Assembly: GCA_965242865.1 (NCBI GenBank)
Contig: CBDETK010000013.1
Location: 544,001 to 608,000 of the forward strand
From: Candidatus Latescibacterota bacterium
Lineage (GTDB): Bacteria > Latescibacterota > UBA2968 > UBA8231
DNA: 64,000 nucleotides
Direction: 5' to 3'
Shown: one piece after another, positions 26,390 to 36,225 of the stretch
Layout: each line of letters begins with the position of its first letter
Position numbering within the stretch: the stretch's first letter is position 1
Position numbers and translations under genes: made by a program
The notes under the pieces: model-generated
What the model was told of the DNA's origin: nothing
Seen by the model: the letters and a program-made list of their open reading frames with translations, nothing else
The model's database searches: none

Positions 26390-27613
26390 ATGCTGACTAC
26401 GGATTTGCTGCTAACCCGCTCGCGCGGCCCCTATATCGCTCCCCGCTATCTCGACGTCGAGGACCCGCAATACATCGCGCTCGCTCAAGCCCTCATCGAT
26501 CGCTACAACGCCCACCAAGGCGCGCCACGGCAAACGCTCCAACGCGCCTTGGACCTGCACGCGGGCGACCGCACCGACTACCGAGTGCAGCGCGGCTTGG
26601 CCAAACTGCTGGGCGACGACTACTGCGAATTTTACATCGACAGCCCGCAGCCGCCGGAAGAATTGCGCCACGCCGTGTTTGCCCTCGCCCGCCAGCACCA
26701 TCCCATCGTCCGCGAAACCAGCCTCATCTACCCGGTCAAGCGCGAAGATTTGCTGGAGCAAATCGCCCGCAAATACCACATCAGCAGCAGCGCGGTGCTC
26801 GACGGGCTATATGCCGATCTGCCCACCAACCACGTGCTCGGCACCTTTGACGCGCCCTCGCCCCATCAACTCCTCACGCGCTACAACGTCGCGCTGGCCC
26901 AAGCCATGCTCTACCGCTGCGAAATCCTGCGCCTGAGTGTGCATCGCAACCTGCCCGTGCGCTATAAACAGCTCTTCAAGTTCATCAAGTTCTACCGATT
27001 GATCCACACCATTGAAGGCGACGTGGACGCCGGCTACGAGATCGGGCTCGACGGGCCGGTGAGCATCTTCCGCCACTCCCAAAAATACGGCCTGCAAATG
27101 GCGGTCTTCCTTCCCGCCCTGCTCCTGTGTACCCGCTGGTCGCTGCAAGCCGACATTTTGCGCAAAGACGGCCGCCGCCAGCAATTCGTCCTCGACGACC
27201 AATCCGGCCTCGTGTCGCACTACAAGGATCAGACCTTGTACGACTCCCTGTTGGAGGAGACGTTTGCTGTGCGCTTTGCCAAGGCTAAAACCCAATGGCA
27301 GCTAGAGCGGGAAAGCGAAATCGTCAATCTCAAAGAGACCGTGATGATCCCGGACTTTACCTTCCGCCATCCCGACGGCCGCACGGCCCTGCTGGAAATC
27401 ATGGGCTACTGGCGGCCCGAGTACCTAAGGCGCAAGCTCGCAAAACTGCGCCAAGCTCAACGCCGCGACCTAATCGTCGCGGTCTCGTCCAACCTCAACG
27501 TCAGCGCGGACGACTTCACTGATGTACCGGGGGGGGTCTTCTTCTTCAAGAACAAAATCCAGCCCAAAGACGTCATCGCGTTATTGGACCGGACCGAGCC
27601 GCAAGCCTCGTAA
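26390..27613 (+). CDS. DUF790 family endonuclease (Bax1-like)
   Basis: LYADL, RYNVALAQ, LDGPVS...KYG, YDSLLEE, IPDF...LEIMGYW.PEYL..K; 1 nt after the helicase stop. Confidence 0.9.
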   Translation: MLTTDLLLTRSRGPYIAPRYLDVEDPQYIALAQALIDRYNAHQGAPRQTLQRALDLHAGDRTDYRVQRGLAKLLGDDYCEFYIDSPQPPEELRHAVFALARQHHPIVRETSLIYPVKREDLLEQIARKYHISSSAVLDGLYADLPTNHVLGTFDAPSPHQLLTRYNVALAQAMLYRCEILRLSVHRNLPVRYKQLFKFIKFYRLIHTIEGDVDAGYEIGLDGPVSIFRHSQKYGLQMAVFLPALLLCTRWSLQADILRKDGRRQQFVLDDQSGLVSHYKDQTLYDSLLEETFAVRFAKAKTQWQLERESEIVNLKETVMIPDFTFRHPDGRTALLEIMGYWRPEYLRRKLAKLRQAQRRDLIVAVSSNLNVSADDFTDVPGGVFFFKNKIQPKDVIALLDRTEPQAS

Positions 27614-27726
27614 GGGAGGGGTTATCCAGCAGTAAGGAACCAGCGTCGAAGACCAGAATTCGTGGAACTCATGGGGAAAACGTTGCTATTGCGGAGAACG
27701 AGGCGGCGTTTGCGGCTCACTAAAAA

Positions 27727-28359
27727 TTACCGGGCGATTTCCCGCGCCATGGCATCTTCCAGATCGCATCCGGTTGCGAGCCAATCTTTGCGGATCGCCA
27801 AGGCATCTATCTGTTGTTCCTCTTCCCCGATAGGCCGGTCGTCGAGCATTCCCATGAAATCCAAAGTCCGGGCCATGCCGGCGAGGAAGGAAGGCGTCGG
27901 CAACAGATACGATGTCCAAAAGTGCGACGCGGCTGCGTGCGGAACGATGCTGTTCACCGCCATATCGGGATAACGCTGATAAATGGCGGCCAGCAGTTGT
28001 CTAAATGTCCGCGAGAGAACCCATTGGGCAACGTCTTGCAGATAGCGGGCGATCTCCTGCGGAAGCTCTGCCAACATTGCAGCACCCCGTGCGTAACCAG
28101 AGTCCGTCAGGGAGTACAGGCGATACTTATTATGATCGATGCCCACTTCGTTCTCCATCGACAACGCATCGAGATCTTGGAACACGGCCAAATCGAGTGG
28201 ACCGTAGTTGTAGGGCTTGAAATCAAAATGCGGCCCCTCGACGAACTGGGGGATCTCCTTATCGACCAAGAAGAGGAGCTTTTGTACTCGCACTGGGTCG
28301 AATTGCGTCCCTGCTCCACCGGCCGCCATGGCCGTCAACACGACTTCAGGGCGTTTCAT
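27727..28359 (-). CDS. Hypothetical protein: YwgA/SocA(Panacea)-like winged-helix N-terminal domain plus a C-terminal helical module
   Basis: VQKLLFL...FDFKPYNYGP...YSLTDSG...IYQRYP; AGGAGG RBS; tail PSFLAGMARTLD...DALAIRKDW. Confidence 0.65.
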   Translation of the reverse strand: MKRPEVVLTAMAAGGAGTQFDPVRVQKLLFLVDKEIPQFVEGPHFDFKPYNYGPLDLAVFQDLDALSMENEVGIDHNKYRLYSLTDSGYARGAAMLAELPQEIARYLQDVAQWVLSRTFRQLLAAIYQRYPDMAVNSIVPHAAASHFWTSYLLPTPSFLAGMARTLDFMGMLDDRPIGEEEQQIDALAIRKDWLATGCDLEDAMAREIAR

Positions 28360-28519
28360 AATATCCTCCTATAATCGTAGAGTGCCTTGTGCCCCGTGTA
28401 CACGGGGTGACCGCCGCCCTGTCTATTCAGGGCGGCAACAACGGCAACAGAGAAGATATGGAGCGAGGATAGCTGATTCAAGCACCCGTTGGGCTTTTCC
28501 TGTCAAACGCACCCGCCGC

Positions 28520-29842
28520 TTAGTCGGCAGGTACTGCGCTGAATTTGCGTCGCACGAAACGCAGCGCGGCGGGGTAGCTATCGATCTGCCCCTCTAGCTG
28601 GGCGTCCTCAACGGCCGCGAGAATCTCCTTAAAGCGCGGCCCCGGCTGCAACCCCAAGGCAATCAAGTCGCGCCCGGTCAGCAGGGCCGGCGGACGCAAC
28701 TGCTCCTTTTTTAGCTGGGCCAACTGCGCTTGGCAAAACTCGTATAGGTCGAGCTTGCCGTGGCTGGCCAAGCAATCAGCGCGGTGCAACTGGAGCAGCT
28801 CGGGAAAGTGCGGCTCGCGCAACAGGCGCATCAGCGTACTCGGGCGCATCTGGCGCACGTGATCGATCCGCAGATGGTCGGCGACGAGCGTGCAGACGCG
28901 CTTCCGCGCTTGGTTGGACATCTGCAGCCGCCCGCAGATCGCGGCCGCCATGTTGGCCCCAACCGCTTCGTGGCCGTGGAAGCGAAGGCGGTCGGCGCGG
29001 ACCAGAGTAGCCGGCTTGCCAATGTCGTGCAGCAACGCGCCCCAAGCCAGCTCGGCCGACGGCTCGTCGAGGTGATCAAACAGGGACTGAACGTGGGTCC
29101 ACACATCGCCTTCGGGATGGAATTCTGCGTCCTGGGGGACGCCCCGCATGGCCGCGACCTCCGGTAGCACGACTTGCAGCAAGCCCGACCGCTCCAACAG
29201 GCGCAAGCCGCGCCGCGCTCCCCCCTCGGTCAACAGCAGGGTCAACTCGTCGCGGAGACGCTCGGCACTGACGCCGGCAATGCACTCGGCCCGGGCGCAG
29301 AGCGCGTCCCACGTCGCGGGTTCGATGGCAAACCCGAGCCGGGCTTCAAAGCGCACGGCCCGCAACAGGCGCAGATCGTCTTCGGCAAAGCGCGCCCGCG
29401 GCTCGCCAATGGCGCGGATGACTTGGGCGCGGAGGTCTTGCTGCCCGCCAACGTAATCGAGGATCGCGGCGTGTGCCGGGTCGTAGAACAGGCCGTTGAT
29501 GGTAAAGTCGCGGCGCTGGGCGTCGGCGCGCGCATCAGCCGGCGCAATGGAGGTGGGACGGCGTCCATCGCGGTACGGGCCATCGCAGCGAAAGCGCGCA
29601 ACCTCGTAGGAACCTTCGTCGAGCACCACTAGGGAGATGCCAAACTGCGCGCCGATCGGGACCGTGTGCTCAAAGAGCGCGGCCACCTCTTGCGGCTCGG
29701 CATCCGTAGCCACATCCCAGTCCTTGGGCACGCGCCCCAATACCAAGTCGCGCACGCAACCGCCCGCGAGCAGGGCTTGGAAGCCGGCCTGCCGCAAGGT
29801 CTCGACAATGCGCCGAGCCCCAGCGTCTATATCTACATTCAT
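28520..29842 (-). CDS. cca: CCA tRNA nucleotidyltransferase/poly(A) polymerase family with HD domain
   Basis: GGCVRDL..G..PKDWDVAT, RRDFTING, EDDLRLLRAVRF, HPEGDVWTH, LLHDIGKP. Confidence 0.9.
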   Translation of the reverse strand: MNVDIDAGARRIVETLRQAGFQALLAGGCVRDLVLGRVPKDWDVATDAEPQEVAALFEHTVPIGAQFGISLVVLDEGSYEVARFRCDGPYRDGRRPTSIAPADARADAQRRDFTINGLFYDPAHAAILDYVGGQQDLRAQVIRAIGEPRARFAEDDLRLLRAVRFEARLGFAIEPATWDALCARAECIAGVSAERLRDELTLLLTEGGARRGLRLLERSGLLQVVLPEVAAMRGVPQDAEFHPEGDVWTHVQSLFDHLDEPSAELAWGALLHDIGKPATLVRADRLRFHGHEAVGANMAAAICGRLQMSNQARKRVCTLVADHLRIDHVRQMRPSTLMRLLREPHFPELLQLHRADCLASHGKLDLYEFCQAQLAQLKKEQLRPPALLTGRDLIALGLQPGPRFKEILAAVEDAQLEGQIDSYPAALRFVRRKFSAVPAD

Positions 29843-29900
29843 CAGATTGATCGCCTCTCGGTCGAAAGTACCATTCGGCTGCCAAAATGAGCAAGCACTT

Positions 29901-29929
29901 TTGACAAGCAGCCATCCCTAAGTTATTGT
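29901..29929 (+). promoter_or_regulatory. Candidate sigma70 promoter
   Basis: TTGACA (29901-29906), 17 nt, TATTGT (29924-29929) in the divergent intergenic region. Confidence 0.5.
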
Positions 29930-29938
29930 GTCGCTCGC

Positions 29939-30830
29939 TATGTCGTCTTTGCTCTATGGCCTCACCCGCATCGCCCTTTGTGCGTCAGTGCCTTGCTGCG
30001 CGGCCGGCCTTCTTTTTTTGGTCGAATACCAAACCCAATTCGCGGCCCGCTACGTTGGCCAATACCTCGTGCAGCAAAACCCCAAGCGCCAGCCGAGGGG
30101 CGCGCTCTGGCAGGGCATTCTCGCCAGTCGGCAAACCCGCATGGCCCTATCCGACTCGCTGGCCGAGACCCCCCTAAAGCCAAAGCCGCGCCAAACCCCG
30201 CAACCCGTCTTGCAAAACCACTATCAACTCCAGTACCACGGCACCCACGCAGCGTTCTTTGCGGTGGCGCGGCGCGACTCCGCCCTGCAACCCGAGCAAT
30301 TCGACCCCGCGACCCTGCGCGAACTCGCCTATTCCCTCCAGATCTACGAGCAGGGCCGCTACTTGCTAACCCAAGCCATCGTCCCGGACGACGCCTCGTA
30401 CCTCCGCGCCCTCATCGGCACCCAAATAGCCCTAGAGGACGGTTCGCTCTTCTACCAACTCCACAAGTGGTTGCTGGCAAAAGACGAGCCCGAAGCCTGG
30501 ACCTTTTTGAAGATGCAAGAGGAAGATGTGGCGTACTGGCGCGAGCATCTGGCACCGCTCTTGAGCGCGGACCCCGACCCCGCGCAAAGCGATGCCGGGC
30601 CGATCATCACCGCAGCCCTCGCGCAGATCGTGCAAGCCCGGGCCGACTCCCTGCGCCACGGCGAGACCGCGCACCTGCTCGCGGCGTGGGACGGCGCAGA
30701 CGGCTTTGAGCTGCGCCTGACCCGCACTGGGGACCAATTCGCCGCGTACGCAATCATGCCGGGCCGCGAGGCCACGGCGCTCGTGCTGCCGGCCCAACTC
30801 GTGCAACAACGCCTCGGGCTCGAGCCGTGA
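29939..30830 (+). CDS. Hypothetical membrane-anchored protein, translationally coupled to PBP1A; start uncertain
   Basis: ORF of about 297 aa with N-terminal hydrophobic segment; GTGA overlap with next gene. Confidence 0.7.
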
Positions 30831-32869
30831 GCCGCCCCCTGCTCATCGGCGCGGTCCTGACCGGGCTGCTCGTTTTGGCCACCGGACTGGGCGTCGGGTA
30901 CGTCGTCTGGCGCATGGCCCCGGGCTTGCCCAGCCTGCCCACGGACCCGCGCGAGTTGGGCATCCGCCCCGGCACGGAGATGTACGCGGCCTCGGGCGAG
31001 CGCATCTACACCTTCAACCAGAGCCGCCAATGGGTCCCGCTCGAGCGCATCAGCCCGCACGTGATCCACGCGCTCATTGCCACGGAGGACGCGCACTTTT
31101 ACCACCACCGCGGCATCGACCTGCTGTCCATTGTCGGCGCGATGCGCGACAACTTGCTCGCGGGCGGCCTTACGCGCGGCGGCAGCACCTTGACGCAGCA
31201 GCTCGTCAAGCGCCTGTTCTTTTCGCCGGAAAAGACCTTTCGGCGCAAGCTGTCCGAAGCGCTGCTCGCCGTGCAGCTCGAATCGTTTTTTGCCGCCTCG
31301 TACCCAGACACCAACGCCGCGGGCCAGCCTGTGTACAAAGACCGCCTCCTAGAGCTGTACCTCAACGAGGTCTTCTACGGCACCAACGCCTACGGCATTC
31401 ACGACGCCGCGGCCACCTTCTTCAACACGACCCCAGACTCGCTGAGCCTGCCCCGCGCGGCCATGCTCATCGGCCAGCTCAACGCCCCCACCGCGTACAA
31501 TCCCCTGCGAAACGCCCGCCAAGCCACCGCCCGGCTGCAACACGTGCTCGACCGCATGGCGGCCAGCGGCGTGCTCGACCCGCAGACGCGCCGGGAATAC
31601 GCCGCCCTCCGCACCGCCGACCTCATCGACCCCGGCTACCCGCCCCGCAACCCGGTGCCCTATTGGGTCGAAGCCATCAACGCGGAAATCGTCCGGCAGT
31701 GGGGGCCATCGGCCCTGCACTACGGCAGCCTGAAGGTCTATACCACCTTGGACATTGCCATGCAAGAAGCGGCCGAAAACGCCGTGGCCAAGGGCATGGT
31801 CGAATTGGATGAGCGGCTGGGGTTTAAGCCCTATTCGGAAGCGGCCATGGCCGAGCGGCCCGCGTACGTCCAAGGCGCGTTGGTATGCCTGTCGCCGGCC
31901 GGCAAGGTGCTGGCCATGGTCGGGGGCCGCGACATTTTCGTCAGTTACTACAACCGGGCCCTCACCGCCCGCCGCCAGCCCGGCTCGGGCTTTAAGCCGA
32001 TAGCCTATCTAGCGGCTTTAGAAGCCGGCCAAATAAGCCCGGTCTCCGTGTTCAACGACCAGCGGCGCACCTATATCGTCAACGGGCAAAAGTGGCAACC
32101 GCGCAACTACGGCGGCCGCTACTTAGGGCGGACGACCGCGGCCTGGGCCTTGGTCCGCTCGGCCAACTCCACGGCCATCCAAATCTCCGAGCTCGTCGGC
32201 CCTTCCCGCGTCGTTGAGCTCGCGCACCGCTTGGGTTTTGCCGGGCCGATCGGCGCGTACAAGAGCATTGCCTTGGGCGTTGCCGAAGTCACCGTCTTGG
32301 AGATGGCCGTGGCGTACGGAACCTTTGTCAACCACGGCTTGCAGATGACGCCGACCTTGATCGAGCGGATCGTCGATGCCAACGACCAGCCGCTCTTTAT
32401 CCATCAGCCGCAGATCCGCCAAGCCATCGCCCCGGACCTAGCGGCGCAGATGGTCCACCTCTTGCGCCAGACCGTGGATCGCGGCACCGGCCACCAAGCG
32501 CGTCGCCGCGGCTTTGCGCGGCCGGCCGCTGGCAAGACCGGCACGACCAACGACAATACCGACGCTTGGTTCACCGGCTTCACGCCCGACTTAATCGCCA
32601 GCGTCTGGATCGGGTTTGACGACCGCCGCACGCACAAGCTGATGGATACGCGGGGGGTGCAAATCACCGGCGGCAACGGGGCCGTACCGATCTGGACGGA
32701 TTTTATGATCGCGGTAAACGAGGGGCGGCCAGAACGGGATTTTGACCTACCCGAAGACGTGAAAATTTACAACGTGGATTTCCGCACCGGCCAAGTGCGC
32801 TCCAAGCCGGACCAGGACGGAGTGCCGCCGCTGTCCGTAGCCTTGCGCCGAGGCGAGCGGCCCAACTGA
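30827..32869 (+). CDS. Class A penicillin-binding protein (PBP1A family; transglycosylase plus transpeptidase)
   Basis: EDAHFYHHRG, GGSTLTQQL, RKLSE, LYLN; SGFK (SxxK), SAN, KTGT. Confidence 0.95.
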   Translation: MSRPLLIGAVLTGLLVLATGLGVGYVVWRMAPGLPSLPTDPRELGIRPGTEMYAASGERIYTFNQSRQWVPLERISPHVIHALIATEDAHFYHHRGIDLLSIVGAMRDNLLAGGLTRGGSTLTQQLVKRLFFSPEKTFRRKLSEALLAVQLESFFAASYPDTNAAGQPVYKDRLLELYLNEVFYGTNAYGIHDAAATFFNTTPDSLSLPRAAMLIGQLNAPTAYNPLRNARQATARLQHVLDRMAASGVLDPQTRREYAALRTADLIDPGYPPRNPVPYWVEAINAEIVRQWGPSALHYGSLKVYTTLDIAMQEAAENAVAKGMVELDERLGFKPYSEAAMAERPAYVQGALVCLSPAGKVLAMVGGRDIFVSYYNRALTARRQPGSGFKPIAYLAALEAGQISPVSVFNDQRRTYIVNGQKWQPRNYGGRYLGRTTAAWALVRSANSTAIQISELVGPSRVVELAHRLGFAGPIGAYKSIALGVAEVTVLEMAVAYGTFVNHGLQMTPTLIERIVDANDQPLFIHQPQIRQAIAPDLAAQMVHLLRQTVDRGTGHQARRRGFARPAAGKTGTTNDNTDAWFTGFTPDLIASVWIGFDDRRTHKLMDTRGVQITGGNGAVPIWTDFMIAVNEGRPERDFDLPEDVKIYNVDFRTGQVRSKPDQDGVPPLSVALRRGERPN

Positions 32870-32875
32870 GCGCGT

Positions 32876-33979
32876 TCACACCGCGGCCAAGACCTCGCGC
32901 ACCCGCCGCGCTACAATACCTTCCTCCCCGGGCTCCATCATATAGGGATTGATCCCAAAGCCGCTCTCGTGGGTGGCAACCTCAATGCGCGGTTGACCGG
33001 CCGCGAGCTGACGCGCCAGCTCGTGGCCGCTGAGGGCCAGCCGTTCCCGGTCCCAGCGCACCGCCAAGTTCGGCGCGACATTCGAGCGCCCCGGCTGCTC
33101 GATCTGGGTCGTCACCGACGGAAACGGCTCTACGGCCGCCGCGATCGCGGCCAAACGCCGCTCCCATTCCCGCCACTCGGCCGCGTGGTCGCGCACCACC
33201 CACTGCTCTACGGCCGCCAACAGCCCCATGATCTCTTCCTTGCCCGCCTTCATGGGCCGCCCCAGCGCGTGGTGCGGCGCTCCGTTGAGGAACGCGGCCT
33301 GCAACAGGTCCTTGCGCCCCAAGACCAAGCCCGACGCCTGCGGCCCGCGCAGGCACTTGCCGCCCGAATAGGCCACCACATCCGCTCCCTGCTCCAGATA
33401 CCAGTTGGGCGCGTCCGGCCGCTCGGCCGCGGCATCCACCAAGGTCGGAACGCCGTGCCGCTGCCCGACCGCGGCCATGTCCGCCACCGAGATCGCCCCC
33501 CGTTCGGCTGCATCGCCAAACACCAAGAGCATGGCCGTGCGCTCCGACAGAGCCGCTTCGAGCGCGGCGAGCGTCTCGACCTCAATTATTTCGACGCCGA
33601 CCATGCGCACAGCGCGATCGTACCCGTGGCGGTGGCTCGGTTGGACGAGGACTTGGTTTTTCATGCCCGTCGCGTCGGGCAACCGCGCCATCTTGTCGGG
33701 ATCGGTGCCGGCCACGCAAGCGGCCGTAACTTGGCACAGCGCTGCGGCGCACCCATTGACAACAAGCCCCCACTCGCACTGCATGAGCTCGCCGATGCGC
33801 GCTCCAACGGCTTCCATGAGCTCGTCGAGGTGAACGTATTGCTTAGAGGCCTCGACCATGGCCTGCCGCACTTGCGGCAAGATCAGGGAGCCGCTGATGA
33901 TGGTATAGGTCCCTCGGCAGTTGATCAGGGGACGGACGCCGAGGCTTTCGTAGGTTGGGTAATCGAGCTGGCTGCTCAT
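32876..33979 (-). CDS. SelA-like PLP-dependent enzyme (DgaE/selenocysteine synthase-like)
   Basis: LINCRGTYT..SGS, VDAAAE, YSGGKCLRGPQASG, GRPMKAGKEEI. Confidence 0.88.
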   Translation of the reverse strand: MSSQLDYPTYESLGVRPLINCRGTYTIISGSLILPQVRQAMVEASKQYVHLDELMEAVGARIGELMQCEWGLVVNGCAAALCQVTAACVAGTDPDKMARLPDATGMKNQVLVQPSHRHGYDRAVRMVGVEIIEVETLAALEAALSERTAMLLVFGDAAERGAISVADMAAVGQRHGVPTLVDAAAERPDAPNWYLEQGADVVAYSGGKCLRGPQASGLVLGRKDLLQAAFLNGAPHHALGRPMKAGKEEIMGLLAAVEQWVVRDHAAEWREWERRLAAIAAAVEPFPSVTTQIEQPGRSNVAPNLAVRWDRERLALSGHELARQLAAGQPRIEVATHESGFGINPYMMEPGEEGIVARRVREVLAAV

Positions 33980-34037
33980 CTGTTTTCCTCGTTTCTAGTT
34001 ATGGGTGTAAATAGGAGTGAAAAATCTATGGGCGGCC

Positions 34038-34160
34038 GTGATGTTGCGTATTTATTTTATGCTTCGTCATTTTTTGCACAAGCATAGTTTGACCGAGGTG
34101 TTATTTGAGCGCACCGTGCAGTATCTATCGGAACGCGGGTTGCTCGTTCGCGAAGGGACG
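34038..34160 (+). mobile_element. IS5-family transposase remnant with internal deletion
   Basis: MLRIYFM joined directly to RHFLHKHSLTEVLF...LSERGLLVREGT, two normally separated IS5 transposase segments; no DDE domain or IRs seen. Confidence 0.65.
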
Positions 34161-34456
34161 AAGGAAGCTCTGATGAAGTCTAATAAAATTTTTCCCGGAT
34201 GAAACGACGCACACGCCAATGGACGCTTGACGAGATGTTCAGCCATTGTCATCTCAAAATCGCACAGGCCGTTGAACAGGGGCTAGTGTGGTTGACGAGC
34301 GGACCGGCCTCAATCCTCAAGGAGCCAGTCCCTGCTGGCGTACTCAGCACCGTTGCCGCCGCTCCGACCCAAAGATTGTGGAAAAGATCAACGAGCTGCT
34401 CGCGGAAGTGTCCGACAAGCTAAGACTCAATTGAGACCAGCAAGGAGTCGCGATTC

Positions 34457-36061
34457 ATGACGACAACAGCCATGCGTTTTTTTAATACCGCCGGTCCTAT
34501 CGATGCGGCGATGCATTACCACATCCCGCCCTTGGCGAGGATCGCTGTCGAAGATCTGCTGTTGCTCATCCGGCAGCGGAAGTACTTCATCCTGCACGCG
34601 CCGCGTCAGACAGGCAAAACCTCGGCACTCTTGGCATTGAGAGACGATCTCAACGCCAGCGGCGAGTTCCGCTGTGTCTATGTCAATGTCGAGATCGGTC
34701 AGTCAGCGCGGGAAGATGTGGCCGCAGCCATCCGGGCCATTCTCAGTGCCTTGGCTCGTGCCGCACGCTACGCACTGGACGACCTGTTCGTCACCGACAT
34801 CTGGCGCGGCATTCTCGACGACGCTGGCCCCAACGACGCGCTGGGGGAGACCCTCGCCCGCTGGTCCGAGTCGGACGCCAAGCCGCTGGTGCTGCTGATC
34901 GACGAGATCGACGCGCTAATCGGCGACACCCTGCTGGCGGTGCTGCGGCAACTGCGCGCCGGCTATCCCGACCGGCCGCGCCGCTTTCCCCAAAGCGTCA
35001 TCCTCTGCGGAGTACGCGACGTGCGCGACTACCGCATCCGATCATCCGCTGAAAACGCCATCATCGCTGGCGGCAGTGCCTTCAACATCCGCGCCGAGTC
35101 CCTGCGGTTGCAAGGCTTCTCCCAAGACGATGTTGAGGATCTGCTGGGGCAGCACACCGCCGAGACCGGCCAAGCGTTCACCGATGAGGCGCGACGCGAT
35201 GTCTGGATGCTGACCCAAGGCCAGCCGTGGCTGGTCAACGCGCTGGCATACGAGGCCTGTTTCAAGAACAAGGCCGGCCGCGACCGAAGCCGGGCGATCT
35301 CCGCTGACGCCATCCAAGACGCCCGCGAGCAGTTGATCCGCCGCCGTGAGACCCACTTAGACCAACTCACCGACAAGCTCCAAGAGGAACGAGTGCGCCG
35401 GGTGATCGAGCCGCTGCTGAAAGGCACTGAGGACATCGGCTCGTTGGCGGCCGATGATCTGCAATACGTGCGCGACTTGGGCTTGGTCGCGCTGGAAGGG
35501 CCGGTGGCCATCGCCAACCCGATCTACCGCGAGGTCATCCCCCGCGACCTGACTTGGACTACGCAGGAGATGTCGATCCACCACGACCCGGCTTGGTTCG
35601 TTGATGATAGCGGTCGCTTGCAGGTGGACAAGCTGCTGGCGGCGTTCCAAGAGTTTTTCCGCGAGCACTCCGAGCATTGGGTGGAACGGTTCCAATACAA
35701 GGAGGCCGGACCGCAACTGTTGCTACAGGCGTTCTTGCAGCGGATCGTCAACAGCGGGGGGCGCATTGAGCGGGAGTATGGCTTGGGTCGGCGTCGCACG
35801 GATTTGCTGCTGGTGTGGCCGGTGGCCGGCGATCTCAGTCTGTTGCAGAAAGTGGTCATCGAGTGCAAGGTGCTGCACCGGGGGCTGACGCCGACGTTGC
35901 GCGAAGGGTTGGCGCAGACGCGAGCGTACATGGACCGTTGCGCGACGGCCGAAGGGCATCTCGTGCTGTTCGACCGAACCGAGGGCACGGCGTGGGACGA
36001 CAAGGTGTATCGCCGCGAGGAAACCGAAGGCGGCGCACCCGTCACCGTCTGGGGAATGTGA
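34457..36061 (+). CDS. AAA-family ATPase with C-terminal PD-(D/E)XK-type nuclease domain
   Basis: FFNTAGP, APRQTGKT (Walker A), LLIDEID (Walker B), TQGQPWLVN, EREYGLGRRRTDLL...VIECK. Confidence 0.88.
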   Translation: MTTTAMRFFNTAGPIDAAMHYHIPPLARIAVEDLLLLIRQRKYFILHAPRQTGKTSALLALRDDLNASGEFRCVYVNVEIGQSAREDVAAAIRAILSALARAARYALDDLFVTDIWRGILDDAGPNDALGETLARWSESDAKPLVLLIDEIDALIGDTLLAVLRQLRAGYPDRPRRFPQSVILCGVRDVRDYRIRSSAENAIIAGGSAFNIRAESLRLQGFSQDDVEDLLGQHTAETGQAFTDEARRDVWMLTQGQPWLVNALAYEACFKNKAGRDRSRAISADAIQDAREQLIRRRETHLDQLTDKLQEERVRRVIEPLLKGTEDIGSLAADDLQYVRDLGLVALEGPVAIANPIYREVIPRDLTWTTQEMSIHHDPAWFVDDSGRLQVDKLLAAFQEFFREHSEHWVERFQYKEAGPQLLLQAFLQRIVNSGGRIEREYGLGRRRTDLLLVWPVAGDLSLLQKVVIECKVLHRGLTPTLREGLAQTRAYMDRCATAEGHLVLFDRTEGTAWDDKVYRREETEGGAPVTVWGM

Positions 36062-36225
36062 CGCAAACACTCCGTCGAGCGGGGACCTACGTACGCGACC
36101 CTTACGTTTGAGTACGCCTTTTCTGCTGTTCCTGTGCGTCCAAGATCGCTGGCAAGATGCCCTCGATCCCGTGCAAGGCGGGAGGCGTGTAGTAAGGACT
36201 GTTACAAAACAAGGAGATCGCGCCC

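Noticed and set aside
32876-33979. True selenocysteine synthase selA
   Set aside because: Short SelA-like form with no selB, selC or selD nearby; more like DgaE-type enzymes
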